A stretch of 64,000 nucleotides of DNA from Candidatus Deferrimicrobiaceae bacterium (GCA_963792415.1 CAWBVY010000001.1:256001-320000), one strand, 5' to 3'. Shown: positions 29,017 through 45,055, counted from the first letter of the stretch. A program made the numbers and translations. Notes: generated by a model from the sequence alone, not told the origin.

Positions 29017-29985
29017 TTACTTTATCAGGCCCTTCTCCCGGTAATACCTCGCCGCCCCGGGGTGCAGCGGCACGGGCAACCCTTTCGTCGCGTTCTCCAG
29101 CTTGATCCCCTTCGCGGCCGCGTGCGCCTGCACGAGCCGGTCGAGGTTCTCGAACATGGCCTTCGTGATCTCGTACACGGTCTGCTCGTCCAGGTCCCCC
29201 CGTACGATCAGGAAGTTCGGGATGCCCACGCTCGACACGTCGTGGTCCTGCCCCTTGTAGGTCCCCTTCGGGATGACGGCGGGCACGAAGAAAGGGGTCT
29301 CCTTGTCCAGGACCTTCAGCAGTTCGCCCTCGATCGGGACGAGCGTGATGTCCTGGGACGTGGCGATGTCCATGATCCCGGGGTTGGGCAGGCCCGAGCT
29401 CATCAGGGTCACGTCGATCGCCCGGTTCTTCATCTGGTCGGCGCTCTCCGTGAAGCTCAGGTAGTCGGTCCGGCCGAAATCCCCGTAGGACATCCCGGCG
29501 GCCGTGAAGATCTGGCGCGCGTTGATCTCGGTGCCGGAGCCCGGCGCCCCGACGGAGACCTTCTTCCCTTTCAGGTCGGTGAGCTTCACGATCCCGGAAT
29601 CCTTGCGCGCCACGATCTGGATCGTGTTCGCGTAGATGTTCGCGAGGACCCGGAGGTTCGTCAGCGGCTTGGTGAAGCCGCCGAGCTTCTCCCCCTTGAA
29701 GCCGTACGACAGCGTGTCGCCCAGCACGAGGGCGATGTCGCTCTTCCCGTCGTTGACCATGATGCAGTTGACCTTCGACGCCGCCGTCACTTCCGCGGAG
29801 GCGTTGTACCCGACAAGCTTCTTGTTGATCACGTCGGCCAGCCCCGCGCCGATCGGGAAGTACGCGCCCCCGGTGCCGCCGGTGGCGATGGAGATGAATT
29901 TCGGCGCGGCCCACGCCGCGGTCGACAGAACCAGAACGCACGCGAGGGCGATCCCCAACACCGTCTTGAACCGCTTCATTGACAA
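29017..29985 (-). CDS. TAXI-family TRAP solute-binding protein
   Basis: Signal peptide; IATGGTGGAYFPIG, GAPGSGTE, PLHPGAARYY. Confidence 0.93.
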   Translation of the reverse strand: MSMKRFKTVLGIALACVLVLSTAAWAAPKFISIATGGTGGAYFPIGAGLADVINKKLVGYNASAEVTAASKVNCIMVNDGKSDIALVLGDTLSYGFKGEKLGGFTKPLTNLRVLANIYANTIQIVARKDSGIVKLTDLKGKKVSVGAPGSGTEINARQIFTAAGMSYGDFGRTDYLSFTESADQMKNRAIDVTLMSSGLPNPGIMDIATSQDITLVPIEGELLKVLDKETPFFVPAVIPKGTYKGQDHDVSSVGIPNFLIVRGDLDEQTVYEITKAMFENLDRLVQAHAAAKGIKLENATKGLPVPLHPGAARYYREKGLIK

Positions 29986-30461
29986 CCCCCTTTTTGTGTT
30001 TTTTCCTGCTCCACCCTTATCGCTACTACGCCTTCACCGAACACGGAATTCAGGTCGACGGCCCGCTCCCCCACGTGGAGGAGGTGCGGGGAAACGTCGG
30101 AAAGCCGCACCCGCAGATCGGCGACCGGAACCCGCCGCCCCTCGATGCGCATCTTCCCGTCCTCCAGCCGGAATACCTCCCCGTCGGCAAGCCGGTCCGG
30201 CAGCCCCGCGCCCGCGGATTCGAACGTCGACGCCGTGAGAAGAATCTCCCCGCCGGGTCCGACGGTGTACGTCTCGCGCCACTCCGTCCTCTCGACGGAG
30301 TGGACCCACGAGAGGTCGAAAACGTTGCAGGGGATCGGAAGGCGTACGCTCTTCCCGGCGCCGTCGATCCGGAGGGTGAACCCTCCGGCGAAGGAAGCGG
30401 CCGCCCACGCCATCGCCGCGATCCACAGGAATCCGGAAGCTGTCGTCTTGCGATTCACCGC
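29976..30461 (-). CDS. DUF1850-like TAXI-associated protein (start approximate)
   Basis: LSWVHSVERTEWRETY...AGAGLP; adjacent to the TAXI genes. Confidence 0.7.
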   Translation of the reverse strand, partial: AVNRKTTASGFLWIAAMAWAAASFAGGFTLRIDGAGKSVRLPIPCNVFDLSWVHSVERTEWRETYTVGPGGEILLTASTFESAGAGLPDRLADGEVFRLEDGKMRIEGRRVPVADLRVRLSDVSPHLLHVGERAVDLNSVFGEGVVAIRVEQEKTQKGGCQ

Positions 30462-30595
30462 AACGATTTCCCGCCCCCGCCGCCACGCGGCGGCACGACG
30501 CATAATACACCATAGGAAACGTCGTTTCAAAAAGTTCGTCACGACCCTTCCCGGAGATTCGCGCTCCCAACCCCGGCACCTGCACACTGTATCCA

Positions 30596-30625
30596 TTGAC
30601 ATCGCCTCGGAGTTCGGCCTATTCT
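30596..30625 (+). promoter_or_regulatory. sigma70 promoter for sdhCAB
   Basis: TTGACA (30596-30601), 18-bp spacer, TATTCT (30620-30625). Confidence 0.6.
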
Positions 30626-30691
30626 TAGCGCATTCCGGCATCTTGTCGCGACCCGATAGGCAGCAGAAATCCACGAAAGAGGGAAGGGCGC

Positions 30692-31357
<666 letters not shown>

Positions 31358-31370
31358 GGGAGGAAACAAC

Positions 31371-33286
<1,916 letters not shown>

Positions 33287-33287
<1 letters not shown>

Positions 33288-34090
33288 TGAGCGCGCACAC
33301 TTCCGAGCACAAGACGATGACCCTGAAGCTGATCGTCTGGCGGCAGAAGGGGCCGGCCGAGCCGGGCCGGTTCGAAAACTACGTCGCCAGGAACATCACC
33401 GAGCACCACTCCTTCCTCGAGATGCTCGACGTGGTGAACGAGGACCTGATCAAGGAGGGGAAGGATCCGATCGCCTTCGACCACGACTGCCGGGAGGGGA
33501 TCTGCGGGATGTGCTCCACCGTCGTCAACGGGGTTCCCCACGGCGGCCAGGAGCGGACCACCCTCTGCCAGCTCCACATGCGGAAGTTCAAGGACGGCGA
33601 CGCGATCTACCTCGAGCCGTGGCGCGCCCGCGCCTTCCCCATCCTCCGCGACCTGGTGGTGGACCGCGGGGCGCTGGACAGGATCATCCAGGCGGGAGGG
33701 TACATCTCGTGTCACACCGGCGGGGTCCCCGACGGCAACGCCATCCCCGTCCCCAAGGCGAATGCCGACTACGCCATGGACGCGGCGGATTGCATCGGCT
33801 GCGGGGCGTGCGTGGCGGCGTGCCCCAACGGCGCGGCGATGCTCTTCACGGGGGCCAAGGTCGCCCAGTTCGCGGCCCTGCCCCAGGGACAGGTCGAGGC
33901 GCCGGAACGGGTCGCCAACATGATGAAGGAGATGCGGGAGTGCGGCTTCGGCAACTGCACGAACCATTACGAGTGCCAGGCGGCGTGCCCGAAGAACATC
34001 AACGTGAAGTTCATCGCCCGCCTGAACCGGGAGTTCCTCAAGGCGCTGTTCCAGGAGAAGGCGGGAACGTTCACCCCGGTCGGGGAATAA
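33287..34090 (+). CDS. sdhB: Succinate dehydrogenase/fumarate reductase Fe-S subunit
   Basis: [39 protein letters not shown]. Confidence 0.95.
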
Positions 34091-34124
34091 CCGCAGCAAC
34101 GACCGGTTCATCCGGGGTGTATCG

Positions 34125-34154
34125 CGGGGCAGGGGCGGGAACGCCCCTGCCCCG
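34125..34154. terminator. GC-rich perfect hairpin after sdhB (terminator or REP-like)
   Basis: CGGGGCAGGGGCG-GGAA-CGCCCCTGCCCCG followed by TTT. Confidence 0.55.
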
Positions 34155-34231
34155 TTTCGTTGACGCCGGCACATGCCGATCGTGTCATCATGGAGAGGGC
34201 GCCGGAGCAAGGTTTTCGAGGAGACACGACC

Positions 34232-35284
34232 ATGCACATGGCGGACGCGCTGCTCTCCCCCGCGGTGGGGGCAACCTTCTGGGCCGGGACGATCGGCACG
34301 ATCGGCTACGCGTCGAAGAAGCTGAAGGAGCATCTCGACGACCGGAAGATTCCGCTGATGGGGGTGGCGGGCGCCTTCATCTTCGCCTCCCAGATGATCA
34401 ACTTCACGATCCCGGGGACCGGGTCGAGCGGGCACATCGGGGGCGGGATGATCCTGGCGGTCCTCCTCGGCCCGCACGCCGCCTTCCTGGTCATGGCCTC
34501 GGTGTTGACGGTCCAGGCGCTCTTCTTCGCCGACGGCGGGCTGCTCGCGCTGGGGTGCAACATCTGGAACCTCGGGGCCTACCCGTGCTTCGTCGCCTAC
34601 CCGCTGATCTACAAGCCGCTGGCGGGGGACGGCCGGAGCGCCCGGCGCATCCTCGTCGCATCGTTGGCGGGCGGGGTCGTCTCGCTCCAGATGGGCGCCT
34701 TCTCGGTCGTCCTGCAGACGTTCCTTTCGCGAAACGCCGCGCTCCCCTTCACCACGTTCCTGCTGATGATGCAGCCGATCCACCTTGCCATCGGGATCGT
34801 CGAGGGGTTCGTCACGGCGGGCGTCGTCAACTACGTCCGGGCGGTCCGTCCCGAGATCCTCGACAGCCCCGCCTCCCCCGCGCCGCTCGCGGCGGGGATC
34901 TCCCTCCGGAACGTCCTGATCGGCTTCGTCGCCCTCGCGGTCTTCACGGGAGGGGCGCTTTCATGGTTCGCGTCGGCCCGCCCGGACGGGCTCGAATGGG
35001 CGATCGCGAAAGTGACGGGCAAGCGGGAACTCCCGGAACAGGAGCACGGGGTCCCGGGGGGGTTGAAGAGCGTGCAGGAGAAGACCGCGTTCCTTCCCGG
35101 GTACGGCTTCAAAACGCCGGCGGACGCACCAAACGCGAAGGAGGGTGCGCCGTCCTGGCCGGCCGTCGACGCGGGCACCTCGGTCTCGGGGCTGCTCGGC
35201 GGCCTCCTCGTCCTCGGGCTCGCCCTCGGGATCGGATGGCTGATCCGGGCGTTCCGCGGGAAACGTTCCGGGAGCCGGATGTAA
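34232..35284 (+). CDS. cbiM: CbiM/NikM ECF Co/Ni transporter S-component fused to a PDGLE (NikN-like) domain
   Basis: MHMAD N-terminus, GSSGHIGG, LFFADGG, PDGLE. Confidence 0.88.
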   Translation: MHMADALLSPAVGATFWAGTIGTIGYASKKLKEHLDDRKIPLMGVAGAFIFASQMINFTIPGTGSSGHIGGGMILAVLLGPHAAFLVMASVLTVQALFFADGGLLALGCNIWNLGAYPCFVAYPLIYKPLAGDGRSARRILVASLAGGVVSLQMGAFSVVLQTFLSRNAALPFTTFLLMMQPIHLAIGIVEGFVTAGVVNYVRAVRPEILDSPASPAPLAAGISLRNVLIGFVALAVFTGGALSWFASARPDGLEWAIAKVTGKRELPEQEHGVPGGLKSVQEKTAFLPGYGFKTPADAPNAKEGAPSWPAVDAGTSVSGLLGGLLVLGLALGIGWLIRAFRGKRSGSRM

Positions 35285-35287
35285 ACG

Positions 35288-35872
35288 ATGACGACGCTCG
35301 CGCTCCTCGGGACGGTGACGGGAATCGCGCTCTTCGCCGGAATCCGTCTCTACGCGACCGTTCTCACGGTCGGGCTCTGCCTTCGCTACGGCCTGCTCCA
35401 CCTGCCGCAGGAACTCGCCTCCCTTTCCGTCCTCGCCCACCCGTATGTGCTGGTCACCGCGGGCGTCTGCGCCGTCATGGAGTTTCTCGCGGACAAGGTG
35501 CCCTGGGTGGACTCCCTGTGGGACGCGGTCCACGCCTTCCTGCGGCCCGCCGGCGCGGCGCTGATCGCGTTCGCGGCCGTCGGCTGGCTCGACCCCGCGG
35601 CCGAGGTCGCCGTCATCCTCCTGTGCGGCGGCGTGGCCTTCTCCTCCCATTCGGCGAAGGCGGGGGCCCGGCTGCTCGTGAATCAGAGCCCGGAGCCGTT
35701 CAGCAACCTCTTCCTGAGCCTGTTCGAAGACGTCGTGGCCGTGGGCGGGAGCTACCTCGCGGTCGCGCACCCGCTCGCGATGCTCGCCGTCGTGGCCGTC
35801 TTCCTCGTCCTGTTCGCCCTCCTCGCCCGGAGGATCTATCGCCGCCTCCGGAGAGACCGCTCGCCTCCGTAG
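35288..35872 (+). CDS. DUF4126 membrane protein
   Basis: GIRLYA, EFLADKVPWVDSLWD, SPEPFSN..LSLFED. Confidence 0.8.
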   Translation: MTTLALLGTVTGIALFAGIRLYATVLTVGLCLRYGLLHLPQELASLSVLAHPYVLVTAGVCAVMEFLADKVPWVDSLWDAVHAFLRPAGAALIAFAAVGWLDPAAEVAVILLCGGVAFSSHSAKAGARLLVNQSPEPFSNLFLSLFEDVVAVGGSYLAVAHPLAMLAVVAVFLVLFALLARRIYRRLRRDRSPP

Positions 35873-36017
35873 AATCCGGGTCCGGGAGAGACGAAACCGG
35901 CTTTTCCCGATGGGGGAACGACGTTTCGCCGCTTGGCAAAGCCGCCGGGGTGAGGTTTACTACCGGGGGACGTTTTTCCGCGATTCTCCGTCCACTACGA
36001 GCCGACCCGGGGGCGCC

Positions 36018-39221
<3,204 letters not shown>

Positions 39222-39377
39222 TCCCCCCTTCGATCCGGGGCGGGGAGCATTTGCATCCGTGCGGGTTGTTTACGCTGCGAGCCGCGGTTTCGCCGCTCGC
39301 CAGAGCCTGTTCCCTGGATTTCCTGCAGACCCTGGCGCAGCACGTTTCCCTGGGGAGCGGCAGCGGATTGACCGCCA

Positions 39378-40373
39378 TCAACCGGCCTGAGGCAACCCTA
39401 TCGCGTTGAAGTCTTCCTGTGTGTGAATCCAACCTTCCTTCCCGTCGAGGCGGACTTTCAGCCAAAGATCCTCTCCAACTCCCAGGCCGATCCACTCGCT
39501 CCCTTCTTCCCAGACCTGTTCCCCCGAGGCTTCCAGGATCTCCACCCTGGAGTCCTTCCTCAGCACGACATGCTCGGCGATCCCTATTCCTTCCTCCGGC
39601 CCCGGATGAAGCCGCACGAAGGACAATTCGCTCCCGGGCGGCCTGCGGTCCGCTTCCACCTTGAATCGGCATTGGGGCTGCCTGCCATGCGCGGTCATCC
39701 GGGAGCATCGCCATGCCGGCCTCACCTTGGCCAGCATCCAGTCCACCCGCACCGGGATAATCACAAAGACATTCCCCGACCAGACGCGGAAGCGCAGCAC
39801 TTCGGCTCGCAGGCCCGGCTCGGCGGAGGTATGCACGACGTTCCCCGTCGGCGGTTCCGGCCGGACCAGACTTCCCTCCATCGAGATCGGCTTGCTGAAG
39901 GGAACCAGCCTGCCGTTGAACGTTCCAAAGACCTGGTAGGATCCGCCTCCGAGCGGCGTAGAAGGCTCCTCGCCGTAAGTAACCAGTAGCCCGCTGCCCT
40001 GGCTCCCCTCCAGCCTCCGCGCCGAGATCCCCATAGTCCCCGCGAAATGGCTCTCTTCCACCTCCCAGGGAAAAGATTTCGCGTAATGAATGCTGCCCGC
40101 ATCGTCCCGGATCTCCATCCGCGTGACGGTCTCCTCGGAACCGGCTGCGCGTGCGCCGGGAACCCGCAAGCGCTTCAGGTGCAGGACCACCGTGAAGTCC
40201 TGTCGGTTGATGTTCAGCGGTCCGATACGGCGCTCGACGTCTTCGGGCGGTGCGGCAGCGGGAGAGGATTCTTGCTGCCCTTGATCCCCCGCGCCGGAAG
40301 CGGATTGCGCCCAGCCGATCGAGGTCGTCACGAGCACGAAACAGAATCCCAGGATACAGGAGGCGATCCTCAC
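39378..40373 (-). CDS. Exported hypothetical protein (separate start inside ORF 39378..42503)
   Basis: GAGGAG RBS before GTG at 40373; signal-peptide-like VRIASCILGFCFVLVTTSIGWAQ; SH3-like C-terminus WLKVRLDGKEGWI. Confidence 0.6.
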   Translation of the reverse strand: MRIASCILGFCFVLVTTSIGWAQSASGAGDQGQQESSPAAAPPEDVERRIGPLNINRQDFTVVLHLKRLRVPGARAAGSEETVTRMEIRDDAGSIHYAKSFPWEVEESHFAGTMGISARRLEGSQGSGLLVTYGEEPSTPLGGGSYQVFGTFNGRLVPFSKPISMEGSLVRPEPPTGNVVHTSAEPGLRAEVLRFRVWSGNVFVIIPVRVDWMLAKVRPAWRCSRMTAHGRQPQCRFKVEADRRPPGSELSFVRLHPGPEEGIGIAEHVVLRKDSRVEILEASGEQVWEEGSEWIGLGVGEDLWLKVRLDGKEGWIHTQEDFNAIGLPQAG

Positions 40374-40446
40374 GCTTCTTCTCCTCGTTGCCGGACATTG
40401 CCGTCGTTCCCGGGCGCGACGGGGTGGTTTCCGCCTGCGCGACGGC

Positions 40447-42445
40447 TTATTCGCTCGGGCGGAAGCGGTTTCCCTGTCCGGCTCGCGACTCTCCGGGCCA
40501 GGCATCGGGGGGGCCCTGTGCCACCGGCTCAGGGTGATCGACTGGGCCGCGGCGGCGAGGCCGAAGGAGAGGACGCTCAACACCAGCGGAACGCCCTTGG
40601 TTCCCAGCAGGTCGGAGGCGGTCTTTACCGCTCCCACCGCGATGACCAGGATGGCCACGTTGCGGATCTCCCGGTTGCGGGCTCGGAAGGCGTAGAGGCC
40701 AAGCCCCAGGGCGGCCAGGTTGATGATGATCGACTGGGTGCACTGGAAGACCTCCGACCCTCCGGGCCCGGCGGGAAGGATGATCCAGGCGGCGATCACC
40801 CGAAGGAGGAAGAAGGAACCGGTCAGGGCGGCAAGGAGAGTGATGGCGCCGCTCAGATCCTGCTTGTCGTAGGTACCGAAGAAGGGGGAGCGGGCGGGCG
40901 GGGGGTGGCGCCGGCACCAACGGTAATGGACCAGGGCCGCCGCCGCCAGCGCGGCGCTGGGGACCGTTCCTGCGATGGGCGAGGCGGGGATCCCGTGGGC
41001 CAGGAAATAGTTGGCCAGAGACACGACGGCGTAGACCTGGAGCAGGTAGGAGGTCACCCGCACGGCGCCGCTCCCCCATCGATCGGAGAGGACGGCCACG
41101 CCGAGGGCCGCAGCCCCGAGAACGGGGGCCGCCGGTGCGCTGCCGAGGGCGGCGGGGAGGGCCAGCCCCAGGAGAGCGGCCCCGGCGACGACGAAGGAGT
41201 TGGTGCCGGGGACGCCGTCGATTTTCCGCATCGCGAGCCAGAAGGCGGCCCCGACGTGGACGAGTGCGAACAGGATCGCCACCAGGTTGAGCGCGAGGGC
41301 GCTTCCGTCGGCCTCGCTCACGACGACCCTGGCGGCCAGGTACGACCCGACGGCGCCGATCGTCGGAAGGCAGAAATCGAAGACGGAAACCTTCACGTCG
41401 CGGCTCCGGACGATTCCCAGGAGGGCGATCGCCAGGAAGGCGGCGCTGGCGGCAGCCAGAACCGGCAGGAACCACCCGGGGGCCAGGGTAGCCGCCGCGG
41501 TGGTCCTGCGGGCGACGACGGCGGCGAGCCGCATCCCCCAGAGAAGGAACATGGCCAGCGTGACGAGAAGCACGGTCCAGCGAAGCCAGCCGCAGCGCTT
41601 CAGGGTCCCCGCGTAGTACCCCAGGAAGTTGGCCGTCAGCAGGATCATGAAAAGGTAGGGGAAGAACGGATTCGGGTAGTCGATCGCCGCGCCGGCCAGG
41701 CACATCCCCAGGGTGCCGACCGACACCGGGAGAAAAACCGAGAACCGGCGGCTGACGAACGCCATGCCGGCGCCGGTGGCCATCAGCGTCCAGTAGGCGG
41801 GAACGAGGGGGAGCGACCCGAGGCGGGCGTGGGTCTCGACGACAATGGTCGACATGAGGATCGCCCCGCAGGCGACGAACACCGGGGCCAGGGAACTCTC
41901 TCGCCGATACTGGTACCAGCCGGCCACCATGAGGGAGGCGGCGTAGCCCATCCCGAGCCCCATGCCGAGGAGGGGCGCGACGATGCCGCTGTCGGTGATG
42001 GTCCGCAGGATCAGGGCGACAACCATCAGGAAGCAGAGGGTCGCCAGGCGGGGAAAGAGCGACGCCCGGCTCGCCCAGTGGATCACCTCGTCGGAGAGGC
42101 TGTCGGACTCCCCGGCGGCTGCCTTCCCTCCGGAGCCTTGGCGGCGATGGGCATGCCCTCCGGAGCCTTGGCGGCAATGGGCATGCCCTCCGGAGCCTTG
42201 GCGGCAATGGGCAAGCCCTCCGGAGCCTTGGCGGCCATGGGCAAGCCCTCCGGAGCCTTGGCGGAGGAGGGCTCCCCGGGACGCGGGAGAATCGTCTCCG
42301 GGCGGGCCGTGGACGCGGCAGCCGATCGGTCCCGGCCGGGCGCCGTCCGTTGTCCCTCGAGTTCCGCGACCCGCCGGCCGAGGCTCTCGACATGCTCGTA
42401 CAGCCGGTCGACCTTCTCCTCGATCGTCAGTTTTTGATTGCGCAT
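40447..42445 (-). pseudogene. Large polytopic membrane protein (DUF2339-like), frameshifted near a tandem-repeat insertion; 3' end uncertain
   Basis: Coiled-coil N-terminus (MRNQKLTIEEKVDRLYEHVESL) lies in frame 42083..42445; the TM body (EVIHWASRASLFPRLATLCFL...) continues in a different frame (39378..42503). Confidence 0.6.
42126..42272. repeat. Five tandem 30-bp copies of a palindromic element (CCCTCCGGAGCCTTGGCGG...)
   Basis: Units start at 42126, 42156, 42186, 42216 and 42246; they translate to AAKAPEG(L/M)P(I/M) on the minus strand. Confidence 0.95.
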
Positions 42446-42603
42446 GCGGGTATCCCCGTGGCTCTGCCGCGGATGTCGGTGCGGGCGGGAGGAGAGCCTT
42501 CATCTATAACGCAGTTTTAATATAATATCAGCGGCGATTGCCGGGATGGCAAGCGAATTCATCCGCCCGGGCGCAACATATTTCCACCGGGACCGGCATC
42601 ACG

Positions 42604-42643
42604 AAAAAAAAGGGAACCCGGCGCGATGCCGGGTTCCCTTTTG
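42604..42643. terminator. Rho-independent terminator downstream of sodA
   Basis: A8-GGGAACCCGGC-GCGAT-GCCGGGTTCCC-TTTT. Confidence 0.9.
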
Positions 42644-42675
42644 AAATTTCGACGGTTCTACCTTGCAGGCGAGAT

Positions 42676-43287
42676 CTACGCCTTGGCCTTCTTGAAGTTG
42701 TCCGCCACCTGCGCCCAATCGACGGTGTTCCACCACGCCTCGATGTACTCGGGGCGTCGGTTCTGATACTTCAGGTAATAGGCGTGCTCCCAGACGTCGA
42801 GGCCGAAGATCGCCTTGCCGCCGTCCATGACGGGATTGTCCTGGTTCGCGGTCGATTCGACGGCGAGCTTTCCGCCACGGATCAGCAGCCACGCCCAACC
42901 GGAACCGAATCGCGTTGTCGCGGCCTGGGCGAAGGTTTTCCTGAAATCCCCGAAGTTGCCGAACGTGGCTTTGATGGCGTCGGCCAGTTCTCCCGACGGC
43001 TCGCCGCCGCCGCCCTTTTTCATGACCTTCCAGAACATGGAATGATTCAAATGGCCGCCGCCGTTGTTGCGCACGGCGGTACGAACGGCCTCGGGCACTT
43101 TGCCGATCTGCGCGAGCAACTCCTCGACCGGAAGTTTCTGAAGCTCGGGGTGGGATTCGAGAGCCTTGTTGAGGTTGTTCACATACGCCCCGTGGTGCTT
43201 GTCGTGGTGAATCTCCATCGTCTTCGCGTCAATGTACGGCTCGAGCGCGTCAAAGGCGTATGGAAGCGGAGGTAAATTGTATGCCAT
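42676..43287 (-). CDS. sodA: Mn/Fe superoxide dismutase (Mn-type signature)
   Basis: [37 protein letters not shown]. Confidence 0.93.
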   Translation of the reverse strand: MAYNLPPLPYAFDALEPYIDAKTMEIHHDKHHGAYVNNLNKALESHPELQKLPVEELLAQIGKVPEAVRTAVRNNGGGHLNHSMFWKVMKKGGGGEPSGELADAIKATFGNFGDFRKTFAQAATTRFGSGWAWLLIRGGKLAVESTANQDNPVMDGGKAIFGLDVWEHAYYLKYQNRRPEYIEAWWNTVDWAQVADNFKKAKA

Positions 43288-43453
43288 CGGGTAGATCTCC
43301 TTTCCTTCCGGCGCGTGACCGGCAGCATCTTTAACAATACGATGCGTCGAGGACACGGGAACGTTTCCCCCCGCGAGGATTTTTATCCTCCGCACGCTGG
43401 GGGGGGTGCCGCCTCGTCGTCGGGGGGTCGCGTTCCATTCCCGTTGAGGGGAT

Positions 43454-43615
43454 ATGCCCTCCTACGCCCCGCACATATGGAAATGCAGGCGCTTCGGGGC
43501 TACGGAGGGCATCCTTCGCCAGAGATGGCTCGCCATCCGTCTTGTCCTCCGGATCCTTGGCGGAGGAGGAAGCTCGGAACCTCGGGGTTACGATTGCGGT
43601 GAGGAGCGAAGGATG
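43454..43615. repeat. Compound palindromic (REP-like) element
   Basis: ATGCCCTCC...GGAGGGCAT (43454-43512); CATCCTTCGC...GCGAAGGATG (43510-43615); internal CCTCCGGATCCTTGGCGGAGGAGG. Confidence 0.75.
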
Positions 43616-43645
43616 GTGCCGAACAGGCGTCCGAACCGGACCCCT
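43614..43645 (-). repeat. Highly degenerate tRNA-Leu 3'-end copy (possible distal att site)
   Basis: TGGTGCCGAA matches the first 10 + strand bases of the tRNA 3' end, then ...CGAACC; the rest has diverged. Confidence 0.4.
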
Positions 43646-43774
43646 GTGGTGGAGGAATATCGCTTTACTGCCTTATCGTTGTCCCGGGCATGGGGGGGGG
43701 GGGGAATGCCTGAAGGCAGATACCACCCCGATGCGGGTCAACCTCGGCGCCGATCAACGACCTTCAACTGCGAT

Positions 43775-44194
43775 TCAGGTCAATCGGATTCCCTTCTCTT
43801 TCAGGAAAGCGGCGAATGCCTGATCCACAACCCGTATGTGGTTCCTCAGCCAGTTGCCCAGGAAGGTGCCGATGGCTTCGCTCAATTTTTCGGTGACACC
43901 CTCTTCGTTGAAATCCTCGATCAGGTGGTCCAGCGTGCCTTTCAATTCCTCGTGCCTGGCCCTGTGGTCCTCCAGTCCGGAGTAACCGGTTTCCGACATG
44001 GATTTCTCTTCCGTCGAGAAATGGAACTGGGTGTAGTTTATAAGGAAATCCAGCGTGCTCGCTATTTGCGGCATGCCTCGACGAGCCTCTATCGCGGCTT
44101 GCACGTTTTGTATATGCCCGATCCACTTCTTATGCTGTTCGTCGATCAACTCGACGCCGATCGAGAGACTTTCGTCCCAGGTTATCCTGCTCAT
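43775..44194 (-). CDS. Bacteriohemerythrin
   Basis: WDESLSIGVELIDEQHK, HFSTEEKSM, H..RH, WLRNHI..VD. Confidence 0.92.
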   Translation of the reverse strand: MSRITWDESLSIGVELIDEQHKKWIGHIQNVQAAIEARRGMPQIASTLDFLINYTQFHFSTEEKSMSETGYSGLEDHRARHEELKGTLDHLIEDFNEEGVTEKLSEAIGTFLGNWLRNHIRVVDQAFAAFLKEKGIRLT

Positions 44195-44309
44195 GCTCCG
44201 GTTCTCCTGTCCGTGTTTTCGGCGACAACGCGCGGCATGAATCGCCTACTAACGATATACAGGAATCCGGGGCCCGTCAACGGTATCGGCACCCCATGGC
44301 AAAGCCCGC

Positions 44310-44452
44310 GAGCCACTTTTTCGCCGCCCGGGCCGTTTTCAGGAAAAAAGGGATTCCGGCGGGAAGCCGAAATCCCGGCTTGCGTTTGAGATGAGGAGTG
44401 AAGGCCGGTGCCGAAGGCGGGATTTGAACCCGCACGGGTTTCCCCACCACCC
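44310..44452 (-). repeat. att-like unit: tRNA-Leu 3'-half copy (44406-44452) plus terminator/AGCCAC motif (44310-44376)
   Basis: CGGTGCCGAAGGCGGGATTTGAACCCGCACGGGTTTCCCCACCACCC is near-identical to the tRNA; GAGCCAC...AAAAAAGGGATTCCGGCGGGAAGCCGAAATCCC. Confidence 0.9.
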
Positions 44453-44461
44453 GTCGAGGTT

Positions 44462-44914
44462 CTACCGCCCGGGGGCTTTTATTGCCTCAATTTCTGATGG
44501 GGAAAGTTCCTTTTTCCTCTTCAGCGACCAGTTTCCAATCCACTTCTTGAGGATCTCCAGGTTCGCGCTTCTCTCCGCGTCAGTGCTCCCGAGATAGGTG
44601 TGCATGTTGCCCGGTTTGCCGTCCTTGGTGTTCTTCCCGTCGTCCAGCCTTCTCATCAGGGCGCCAGCGTCCGATCCCTTGACCACCACCATCAGGTGCT
44701 CGTAAGTGTCCAACCTCGGTCCCTTCATCTTCTTCTTGAACCCTTCCTTATCCCGCCCGAACTCCTCCATCGTGGGCGACTCCGACCCGTGGCAGGCGAT
44801 GCACCGGTTGGCGATTATCCCCTTGATGTCTTTCTCGTAGGTCACGGCCTCCCCGGCAAAGACCGTAACTGCCACCACCGTGATTATGAACGCCGCAATA
44901 ATCCCCCTGCTCAT
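44462..44914 (-). CDS. Periplasmic monoheme cytochrome c
   Basis: AAGGAGGT RBS; signal peptide; CIACH; distal Met in PGNMH. Confidence 0.85.
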   Translation of the reverse strand: MSRGIIAAFIITVVAVTVFAGEAVTYEKDIKGIIANRCIACHGSESPTMEEFGRDKEGFKKKMKGPRLDTYEHLMVVVKGSDAGALMRRLDDGKNTKDGKPGNMHTYLGSTDAERSANLEILKKWIGNWSLKRKKELSPSEIEAIKAPGR

Positions 44915-45055
44915 TCCCCACCTCCTTCGGTACCTGGTATTTATTATTGATCTTGACAGACCAATCCGGATTTCACCACGGGAAAGATTAACACCTCGTC
45001 CATTCGCCCTCGGGACAGACATCGCTGTGGCATCATTCGTCAGTTACCCCCCCGG

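Noticed and set aside
34090-34231. Cobalamin riboswitch upstream of cbiM
   Set aside because: Only a simple hairpin is visible; no B12-box recognised and the space is short.
42126-42272. Possible CRISPR array
   Set aside because: Units are head-to-tail 30-mers with no unique spacers, and no cas genes are present.
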